Positions 56,374 to 64,000 of a stretch of DNA of 64,000 bases are shown piece by piece. The stretch covers positions 7,894-71,893 of the forward strand of contig JBBTRA010000001.1 in the NCBI GenBank assembly GCA_038065415.1. The letters run 5' to 3'. Origin of the DNA: Patescibacteria group bacterium (lineage in GTDB: Bacteria; Patescibacteriota; Minisyncoccia; Phycocordibacterales; PALSA-1337). The notes under the pieces were generated by a model. That model did no database searches. It was not told the DNA's origin and was given only the letters and a program-made list of their open reading frames with translations. The stretch's first letter is position 1; each line of letters opens with the position of its first letter. The translations under genes were made by a program, and so were the position numbers.

Positions 56374-57417
56374 CTATCCTTGGAGATACTCATCCACTAT
56401 CTTCTTAACCTCCCTGTAACCACTCGTCTCCATGAGCTTCACGCGAAGTTCCTTTGCTCCATCCCAACCAGAAACATATGCCTTGAAATGCTTCTTCATT
56501 ACAGCGAAGTTCTTGAGATGCTTGGCACCACAATATGTCTTATCGAACAATTTTGCATGCTCAAGCATGATCGCCAGACGCTCCTCGGGTGTTTTTGGCC
56601 TGGAGAACTTGGCTTTTGCGCCCAACTTCCTGATCGCCTCTTTGTCCTCAAAAAGCCACGGCGTCCCAAATATTCCCCTGCCGATCATCACACCGTCGCA
56701 CCCGTACTTTGCACACTTCTCATGTGCCTCAGCAACTGTCAGCACATCACCATTGCCAATAATATGGGTCCGCTCGCCGGGAGGGATGCCAGCTTGTACC
56801 TCATCACGCAACTTCACGATCTCAGGCATGAGTTCCCAATGCGCCGGCACATCTGACATCTCCTTGCGTGTGCGTAGATGGACGGTCAATGCAGGAAGTT
56901 TCTGCTCCAATAGTGTGCGCAGCCAATCCATCTCGACTCGATTGTAGCCAATGCGGGTCTTGACCGAGACCGGGAGACCGCAATCACGAGCGGCATTCAA
57001 CACCTCAAGTGCCTTCTTGGGATCCCTGATGTGCGCCGCGCCACCACCCTGTTTCTCCACAGCACGATCAGGACACCCCATATTGATATCGATACCATCG
57101 AAACCGAGTTCTGCGCAGAGCTGTGCAGCAGCCTTCATCGCTTCTGGGTGTCCCGTGAAGAGCTGTGCCACAATCGGGCGTTCTTTCTTGGAAAACAGAA
57201 GATCATGCATGAGTCGTGCCTTGCCAGGAGAATTCAGACCATCAGCAGAAACGAACTCGTTCCACATGACATCAGGCATGCCATATTTTGCAATCATTGA
57301 GCGAAAAGCGAAGTCTGTCACATTTGCCATAGGCGCAAGTACGAAAAAAGGCTTAGGAAGTGCGTCCCAGAATGTGCCACCTTTTCTTGATTTTTGCACG
57401 GACGACTTCTTGACCAT
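56374..57417 (-). CDS. dus: tRNA-dihydrouridine synthase
   Basis: LAPMA.VTD, DINMGCP, SVKTRIG, GNGD, GVMIGRG. Confidence 0.96.
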   Translation of the reverse strand: MVKKSSVQKSRKGGTFWDALPKPFFVLAPMANVTDFAFRSMIAKYGMPDVMWNEFVSADGLNSPGKARLMHDLLFSKKERPIVAQLFTGHPEAMKAAAQLCAELGFDGIDINMGCPDRAVEKQGGGAAHIRDPKKALEVLNAARDCGLPVSVKTRIGYNRVEMDWLRTLLEQKLPALTVHLRTRKEMSDVPAHWELMPEIVKLRDEVQAGIPPGERTHIIGNGDVLTVAEAHEKCAKYGCDGVMIGRGIFGTPWLFEDKEAIRKLGAKAKFSRPKTPEERLAIMLEHAKLFDKTYCGAKHLKNFAVMKKHFKAYVSGWDGAKELRVKLMETSGYREVKKIVDEYLQG

Positions 57418-57455
57418 AGAGGCAAAGTCTACAACGAAAATCGATCCGCGTAAAG

Positions 57456-58424
57456 TTACTCTCTCACTTTCGCGAGGAGCTTGATCACATCAGCATCTCT
57501 ATTGCCGCTACCAAGTACGATGATTGTATAGACATTCTTGTTCTTGCCGAGTGTGAAGAGTGCGACACTGGTACGATTGGCCTCAGTCGTATAGCCATTC
57601 TTGCCACCGATATAGTATGACCAGCTCAAAAAATGCGTCGGATTGACCCAGGTATGCGCACGCACGGTCTTGGTCTTGAGTGCCGTCATATCGATGATGC
57701 CGGGGTCATTTTTGCGGATCCAATCTATGATGAGCGTCAGATCATTTGCGCTCGAAACATTGTCAGGTGACAATCCCGATGGGTCTGCGAAGTAGGTGCG
57801 GTAGGCACCGATGGATTGCGCCCAATCATTCATAGCCTTGATGAACTTCTCGCGGCCATAGTCTTGGGCAAGCGCTTCGGCGGCATCATTGGAAGACACC
57901 ATGAGCAACGGATACATGAGGTCAGAAGCCTTGAATGTCTCCCCCACCTTGAAGTACGCCGTATTGCCGTAGGTTGCCATGATCTCACGCGAAATAGTGA
58001 CACGCTCGTCAGGATCGATGAACTCTCTGGCTATGACTGCAGTAGCAAGCTTGGTCAGAGAGGCGACGGGGAGCAATCGATCCGCATCATGCTCAATGGT
58101 CACATCACCCAAGGTGAGATTCTTCATGATGTACGACGTCGCAGTCACGCGATTGTCAGCGGCAAACGGCAAGGCCTGCGCAGCAGCATTGATGAGATCT
58201 TCTTCCTCACTCGCCGTATAGCGGATAGTACGCTTGCTACCTGATATAGATGTACCATCTATGGGTGAACTGATGGATGCTGCAACTGACGCCAGCGATA
58301 TTCCTTCGAAGGCCGGAACGTGCGCACGGGCAAAGCGCCATCCATATGCGGCACCGTACGAGACGCCGATGCCAGCGACGATGGCGAGAAGACCTCCGAT
58401 GATGATGGTGAAGAATTGTTTCAT
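57456..58424 (-). CDS. S11 serine D-Ala-D-Ala carboxypeptidase
   Basis: ASLTK, SSNDAA, DPSGL, GGKNGYT. Confidence 0.9.
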   Translation of the reverse strand: MKQFFTIIIGGLLAIVAGIGVSYGAAYGWRFARAHVPAFEGISLASVAASISSPIDGTSISGSKRTIRYTASEEEDLINAAAQALPFAADNRVTATSYIMKNLTLGDVTIEHDADRLLPVASLTKLATAVIAREFIDPDERVTISREIMATYGNTAYFKVGETFKASDLMYPLLMVSSNDAAEALAQDYGREKFIKAMNDWAQSIGAYRTYFADPSGLSPDNVSSANDLTLIIDWIRKNDPGIIDMTALKTKTVRAHTWVNPTHFLSWSYYIGGKNGYTTEANRTSVALFTLGKNKNVYTIIVLGSGNRDADVIKLLAKVRE

Positions 58425-59342
58425 TTATTTGCCTTCTCTATAGAATACATTGGCACCATACCTCACGTCTATCGAGTCGAACTGAAGAGTCTCTCTTTTT
58501 GCACGAGCTTGGTCAACCATATGCTTCCAGAATGAGACAAGGTTGGCTGTCTGCTCTTCGAGGGAAGTAAGTGTATTGAAATAAATGACGACCGTGCTTG
58601 CGGCCGACGAAGCGGCGCCAACAGGAGGAGGATTGCGCGCATACAGCTCGTATTCCCTGTTTGCTTTGATCAGGATTGCATCGGACACGATCCCATTGGC
58701 GGAAGCTGTCGAATAGAGTTTCTCAAGTGCTTTGAACTCATCGCTCGAAGTTGCGCTCTTACCAACGACTGACTCTGTCGATGAAGCCTCAGATACGAGA
58801 TCAGGAACATAGTAGCGATGATAGATATTGCCCGTGAATGAAGGTGCCTTCTTGAATATATACCCTCCACCATCGGCAAAATAACAGGAACCTGGATCTT
58901 CGAGAGAGAGGTCTGTGCCGTTGAAGTCTGGCAATGTCACGCAGACGAGGGCGGCAGGCTCTTTCTCGACAATAGAGATATTCAATGTATGAGCACCATC
59001 ACGATCGATAGAAACACGCTCAACCGAGGCGAGCTGGTCTTTGATCTTGGCTACAATGGTGCGTTTTGGATATATGAGCGTATTGGCACGCGAAAAAATG
59101 CCCAAGTAACTGCCCTCCAAGGCACCGAGAGCCGAGGCACGAAGGGCGAGCTGTTCACTCTCTGCATCAATACCTGAGATGCGGACTGTCTCGATTGTGA
59201 GTGGACCAACACGAGAGAGCGCGGAAACAATATAGAGAAAACCCGCTACGAGAGCGATTCCGCCAAAAACACCCAGGAGCGTCCGTGCACGTCGCTTGGT
59301 GGTGAAGCTCTTGGACTGTCGTGATGCTCTGCGTGGAGGCAT
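58425..59342 (-). CDS. FtsQ/DivIB-like protein
   Basis: Basic N-tail, TM, POTRA-like region, C-terminal IDVRYGANVFY. Confidence 0.75.
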   Translation of the reverse strand: MPPRRASRQSKSFTTKRRARTLLGVFGGIALVAGFLYIVSALSRVGPLTIETVRISGIDAESEQLALRASALGALEGSYLGIFSRANTLIYPKRTIVAKIKDQLASVERVSIDRDGAHTLNISIVEKEPAALVCVTLPDFNGTDLSLEDPGSCYFADGGGYIFKKAPSFTGNIYHRYYVPDLVSEASSTESVVGKSATSSDEFKALEKLYSTASANGIVSDAILIKANREYELYARNPPPVGAASSAASTVVIYFNTLTSLEEQTANLVSFWKHMVDQARAKRETLQFDSIDVRYGANVFYREGK

Positions 59343-59344
59343 AG

Positions 59345-60607
59345 TTAGCCGATGACGCTCTTCCCCATATATTTCACGAGTGCATCGGGCACCTTGATCG
59401 TCCCATCAGCTTGCTGATAGTTCTCGATAAGTGAGACGAGGATACGCGGTGTCGGTATGGCGGTAGAGTTGAGAGAGTGAGCGTACTTCAGCTTGCCATC
59501 GGCGTCCTTGTAACGGATATTCAGTCGGCGTGTCTGGAAATCGTGGAAATATGAAGCGGAAGAAATCTCTCGATACGTACCTTCCTTAGGGACCCAGAGT
59601 TCGATGTCATATTTCTTGACCTGTCCCAGACCAAGATCGCCTCCACAATTGATGACGGTATGGTACGGAATACCAAGTGACTCAATGAAAGTCTCGGTAT
59701 TACGATTGAGCTCCTCATGATACTTGACTGAGGTTTCGTGATTGGCTTCACACAGGATGAGCTGTTCAAACTTGTAAAATTCATGGACACGGATGAGACC
59801 ATTGGTATCTTTGCCATGTGCTCCAGCCTCACGGCGGTAGCATGGTGAAAATCCGAGGTAACGCTTCGGTAGATCTCCGAGTGCCAGCGTCTCCTCTGCG
59901 TACATACCCATGAGTGGAACTTCGGCAGTGCCTGCGAGCGCATCACCATCCTGAGTCATATAGAAATCCTCGATGTCACCCGGGAGATGCGCAGTGCCGT
60001 ACAGATTGATCTTGCGTACGATAGTCGGAGGCATGACTGGCACGAAGTCCTTGGAACCGAAAAATTCGAGGGCGTAGTTCCAGATAGCGAAGCAAAGGCG
60101 TACACCATCACCGGTCAGATAGTACCCACGGAATCCGTGAACCTTGGATCCGCGCTCGAAGTCGACCATGCCGAGCTTGGTCATAAGCTCTACATGATCC
60201 TTGGGCTCAAATGCGAATGTCGGCTTGTCGCCCCACACCTTGATCTCCTTGTTGTCTGCATCAGTGTCGCCATCGGGTACAGACATATCAGGCACATTGG
60301 GGACGCGGAGCATGAGGCTCTGCCAATCGGTCATGATCTGCTTAAGCTCGGCTTCGTCTGCTTCCATGGCTGTTTTGACCTCTTTCATGGCAGCGATAAG
60401 TTTGGCACGCTCCTCTGGATTTTGTGCGCTTGCGATACCTGCGTTGGCAGCATTCTGCTCTGCGCGGCGCGTCTCAACGCTGGAGAGTACGGTACGGCGG
60501 CGGTCATCGAGGGCAATAAGCTCAGCGACATCAAATTTGACGTGCTTCTTCTTGGTGGCAAGCTCGATGATATCCTTGTTTTCGCGGATGAATTTGATGT
60601 CTAGCAT
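59345..60607 (-). CDS. serS: Serine--tRNA ligase
   Basis: MLDIKFIREN, TAE, CYRREAG, GLIRVHEF, EISSAS, HSLNS. Confidence 0.99.
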   Translation of the reverse strand: MLDIKFIRENKDIIELATKKKHVKFDVAELIALDDRRRTVLSSVETRRAEQNAANAGIASAQNPEERAKLIAAMKEVKTAMEADEAELKQIMTDWQSLMLRVPNVPDMSVPDGDTDADNKEIKVWGDKPTFAFEPKDHVELMTKLGMVDFERGSKVHGFRGYYLTGDGVRLCFAIWNYALEFFGSKDFVPVMPPTIVRKINLYGTAHLPGDIEDFYMTQDGDALAGTAEVPLMGMYAEETLALGDLPKRYLGFSPCYRREAGAHGKDTNGLIRVHEFYKFEQLILCEANHETSVKYHEELNRNTETFIESLGIPYHTVINCGGDLGLGQVKKYDIELWVPKEGTYREISSASYFHDFQTRRLNIRYKDADGKLKYAHSLNSTAIPTPRILVSLIENYQQADGTIKVPDALVKYMGKSVIG

Positions 60608-60695
60608 GCGAATAGTGTATCATATTGATATCTTTTTTTGAATTTCTCCGGTTTCTGCGTGTGACTACCCTATTATCAATATAAGTTTAAATCTC

Positions 60696-60801
60696 AGCGG
60701 GATGTGACATGTGTTTTTTGTGTGGTTATGTCGTGTTTGTACACTACACATCAGTGAACCGTTCCGCATAACCACACAAAAAACACATGTCACATCCCGC
60801 T
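60696..60801. repeat. 35-bp perfect inverted repeat with a 36-bp spacer
   Basis: AGCGGGATGTGACATGTGTTTTTTGTGTGGTTATG (60696-60730) and its exact reverse complement (60767-60801). Confidence 0.97.
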
Positions 60802-60820
60802 ACGGTAACATCTTAAAATC

Positions 60821-61741
60821 ATGAACATACAAAAGATCAAAAGGAGAGACTACCCTTTCCTTCTAAAACAAATCCGTCAGTTGACTCCAGATATGGACAT
60901 TATCGGCACTATGCCGCCTGACGAATACAAATTCCTGTGTATCGTTGGATCACGAACCTACAGCACATATGGCAAAGATGCTTGTAAGAAACTTATTCTT
61001 GGACTGCGAGGATACCCAATAGTTATAGTATCAGGCTTAGCCGTGGGTATAGATTCTATTGCCCACGAAGCTGCTCTCGAAGCGGGACTAAAGACGATAT
61101 CATTTCCTGGATCAGGTTTGGATCCTTCAGTTCTATATCCATCTTCCAAGAGATACCTCGCTGAACAGATAATAAAAAGTGGTGGGGCGCTGATCTCACG
61201 TTTCAATCAACTGCAGAAATCAGATATCTGGACATTCCCTTCTCGCAACCGCCTCATGGCTGGCATATCCCACGCCACTCTCGTTATTGAAGGTCGGCAT
61301 GGATCAGGAACATTGGGTACTGCAAAATATGCAGAGGAATTCAACCGTGATGTACTCGCCGTACCCGGTCCCATCGATTCCGAACTGTCATACGGCCCTC
61401 ACATGCTCATCAGGCGAGGCGCAACTCCTATCACATCATCAGAAGATATTTTGGAGGCACTCGGGTTCACCGATACAACGAGATATGATGACGAAAAGAG
61501 AGTTCCGAAGAAACATTCACGAAGTAACAGAAGCACACAACTAACCATTAACCTCGACCAGATATCACTATCCCCTGACGAGAAAGCAATCTGCACCCTC
61601 ATCAAAGATGAAAGCCTCTCTGCAACTGAACTCATAGAGAAAACTTCCTTACCCGTATCGCTCTTCAACATCACCGTGACAGAACTAGAGATGAAAGGGT
61701 TCGTGAGCGAAGAGGGTGGAAGATACAGGATGATAAGGTAA
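60821..61741 (+). CDS. dprA: DNA-processing protein DprA
   Basis: IVGSR, VSGLAVGID..AH, FPSRNR, SGTL.TA, AVPG, C-terminal wHTH. Confidence 0.97.
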   Translation: MNIQKIKRRDYPFLLKQIRQLTPDMDIIGTMPPDEYKFLCIVGSRTYSTYGKDACKKLILGLRGYPIVIVSGLAVGIDSIAHEAALEAGLKTISFPGSGLDPSVLYPSSKRYLAEQIIKSGGALISRFNQLQKSDIWTFPSRNRLMAGISHATLVIEGRHGSGTLGTAKYAEEFNRDVLAVPGPIDSELSYGPHMLIRRGATPITSSEDILEALGFTDTTRYDDEKRVPKKHSRSNRSTQLTINLDQISLSPDEKAICTLIKDESLSATELIEKTSLPVSLFNITVTELEMKGFVSEEGGRYRMIR

Positions 61742-61798
61742 CCATTTTTATATCCTGAGTTTTGACTTTGCATTTCAATGCTGTAATACTTAGCTTCA

Positions 61799-64000
61799 AT
61801 GAAGCTCGTCATAGTCGAGTCACCGTCAAAATCAAAGACTATCACCAAATATCTCGGTGATGGTTTCGTAGTGCGTGCATCCGTTGGTCACGTACGCGAC
61901 CTCCCCAAGTCCAGCAAGAAAGCTATAGATATAGAAGGAGGATTCATTCCCCACTATGAAGTCGTCGCCAAGAAAGAGGCGGTCATTGCCGATATCGCCA
62001 TTCAAGCCCAGAAAGCTGACGAGATCATCCTCGCTTCCGACCCGGACCGCGAAGGTGAAGCTATCGCCTGGCATGTTGCAGAAGTATTGCGCGACCGTCT
62101 CGGCGCCTCCGTCAACAAAAAGCTCAAGCGCATCACCTTCCACGAGATCACCAAGGAGGCCATCCTCGATGCACTCGCCCACCCGCGCGAGATTGATGAG
62201 AATCTCAAAGAGGCTCAGGAAGCCCGTCGCGTCCTCGACCGTATCGTAGGTTACGACCTCTCGGGTCTCATCTGGAAAAAAGTCCGCTACGGACTCTCCG
62301 CTGGCCGCGTACAATCCCCCGCACTCCGCATAATAGTAGAGCGCGAACGCGAGATCAAAGCATTCATCCCCGAGACATACTGGGCTCTCGCCGGACAATT
62401 CAAAACCCCGAAGAACGAGATCCTCCACCTCATTTGCTCCAAGGAACCCCGTGATAAGAAAGAGGTCGACACTATTCTCGCCACAGCCAAAAAGGAAGAC
62501 TGGAAAATCATAGATGTTGAGGAGTCCGAACAGAAGAGGTCTCCTCGCGCCCCTTTCATCACCTCCACCCTCCAACAGGCAGCTAGCTCGCGTCTCGGCT
62601 TCTCCCCATCACGCACCATGGGTATCGCGCAGAAACTCTATGAGTCTGGAGCGATCACCTACATGCGTACCGACTCCACCAACCTGGGCCAACAAGCACT
62701 CGATCAGATAGGCAGCATCATCAAGAAAGAGTATGGCGAAAAATATATCTCATTCAGGAAGTATTCGGCCAAGAGCAAAAATGCCCAAGAAGCCCACGAG
62801 GCAGTGCGTCCAACTCATTTCGACAAACAGAACGCCGGCCACAACGACGAGCAGAAGAGACTCTATCGCCTGATCTGGCAGAGAGCAGTGGCATCGCAGA
62901 TGGCGGACGCCCAGCTGGCTCGTACCAAAATCATCGCCAATGTCAGTAGCGACAGCATTCCTGACTTCGAGGCTACCGGATCACGCATCCTCTTCGATGG
63001 CTGGCTCAAGGCCGATCCCGAGTCAAATGGTGAAGAAGTCACCCTGCCAAAATGTGCTCGTGATGAGAAGCTCGACCTGATCTCCGTCGATTCACAGGAG
63101 AAGCAGACTCTGCCACCTCCACGCTACACCGAAGCAGGCCTCATCAAAGAGCTTGAGAAGCGTGGCATCGGACGCCCATCGACATATGCTTCGATCTGCA
63201 AGACCATCGAGGACCGCGGGTATGTCGAGAAGGAGGGTCGTGCACTCAAACCTACCGATACCGGCGAGGTTGTTTCGTCATTCCTGGAAGAATACTTCCC
63301 TACCTACATCGGCGACACCTTCACCGCAGAGATGGAGGACAAGCTCGACGGCATCGCCAACGGCACACACAAATATCTCGCCACTCTCAAAGAATTCTAC
63401 GGACCATTCCACAAAGAAGTACTCTCCAAGGAGAAGGTCGCCAAAGCCACCGACCTCGGCGCTGCAGATCCAAAATTTATATGTCCAAAATGTGGTACCA
63501 CTCCTCTCGGAATCAAACTGGGTAGAAATGGCAAGTTCCTCTCCTGTACCCGCTACCCCGACTGCGATGGAGCCCTCACTCTCGAAGGTGTCGAATTCAA
63601 AAAAGATGAGCCGATCGGTACTGATCCAGCGACAGGACTCCCTATCTTCGTCTTGAATGGCCGCTTCGGTCCGTATGTTCAACTCGGTGTGAAGCCACCA
63701 AAGATCAAGAAAGTTCGCGTAAAGAAGCCAAAGAAACCCAAAGTCAAAAAATCAAAGAAAGGAGAGCCTGTCGAAGTGACCCCGACCGAAATCTCAGCCA
63801 CTGAGTCACCTACTGAACAAGTGCCCGCGCTAGAAGCCCTCGTCATTCCTGCGGTACCTGTGGTAAAGCCGCGCATGGCATCCATCCCCAAGACCATGGA
63901 CCCATCCAAGGTCACCGTCGCAGATGCACTCAAGTATCTCAGTTTGCCACGCAGCCTCGGTATCGATCCGAAGACCGGCTTTGATGTGATCGCCTCAAAT
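61799..64000 (+). CDS. topA: DNA topoisomerase I (runs off the window)
   Basis: Manual translation: MKLVIVESPSK, SVGHVRDLP, ASDPDREGEAIAWH, SAGRVQS, ITYMRTDS, QEAHEA, GIGRPSTY, zinc ribbon. Confidence 0.98.
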   Translation, partial: MKLVIVESPSKSKTITKYLGDGFVVRASVGHVRDLPKSSKKAIDIEGGFIPHYEVVAKKEAVIADIAIQAQKADEIILASDPDREGEAIAWHVAEVLRDRLGASVNKKLKRITFHEITKEAILDALAHPREIDENLKEAQEARRVLDRIVGYDLSGLIWKKVRYGLSAGRVQSPALRIIVEREREIKAFIPETYWALAGQFKTPKNEILHLICSKEPRDKKEVDTILATAKKEDWKIIDVEESEQKRSPRAPFITSTLQQAASSRLGFSPSRTMGIAQKLYESGAITYMRTDSTNLGQQALDQIGSIIKKEYGEKYISFRKYSAKSKNAQEAHEAVRPTHFDKQNAGHNDEQKRLYRLIWQRAVASQMADAQLARTKIIANVSSDSIPDFEATGSRILFDGWLKADPESNGEEVTLPKCARDEKLDLISVDSQEKQTLPPPRYTEAGLIKELEKRGIGRPSTYASICKTIEDRGYVEKEGRALKPTDTGEVVSSFLEEYFPTYIGDTFTAEMEDKLDGIANGTHKYLATLKEFYGPFHKEVLSKEKVAKATDLGAADPKFICPKCGTTPLGIKLGRNGKFLSCTRYPDCDGALTLEGVEFKKDEPIGTDPATGLPIFVLNGRFGPYVQLGVKPPKIKKVRVKKPKKPKVKKSKKGEPVEVTPTEISATESPTEQVPALEALVIPAVPVVKPRMASIPKTMDPSKVTVADALKYLSLPRSLGIDPKTGFDVIASN

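Noticed and set aside
1-64000. CRISPR array, IS elements, Pup/UBact tag
   Set aside because: No regularly spaced direct repeats, no transposase motifs, and no small protein ending GGE/GGQ seen.

Overview
The window looks like chromosome from a Patescibacteria (CPR, Parcubacteria-like) bacterium using genetic code 11; the taxonomy is inferred from gene content and style, not from a search. Core genes include uvrA, uvrB, split transketolase, rpe, rpiB, uppP, gap, pyrD, a MacAB-type ABC system, lexA, truD, rnr, dnaX, dus, serS, dprA, topA and tRNA-Gln. Many of them appear nearly leaderless, with a -10 box a few nt before the ATG and no Shine-Dalgarno (SD). A second gene class is interleaved. It has consensus TTGACA promoters, rrn-boxA-like motifs, A/C-rich leaders, AGAAAGG/AAGGA SD sites and its own terminators. 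Its largest block is a ~13.4 kb locus (21.5-34.9 kb) encoding an ABC transporter, TelA plus a membrane partner, an ARC/Mpa-like AAA ATPase, a prepilin, a vWA lipoprotein and two binding-protein/OmpA fusions. Several accessory products look like diderm (PVC-type) envelope proteins, including a PEP-CTERM protein, which is odd for a presumed monoderm episymbiont. Other signals: a structured ncRNA candidate, a tRNA-like element, an islet inserted in the gap 3' end, an in-frame palindrome in uvrA, a TAG interrupting a QLSLF motif, an ATP-grasp/TauD pair, a LexA box, and a 35-bp inverted repeat before dprA. No CRISPR array, integrase, transposase or rRNA was seen.
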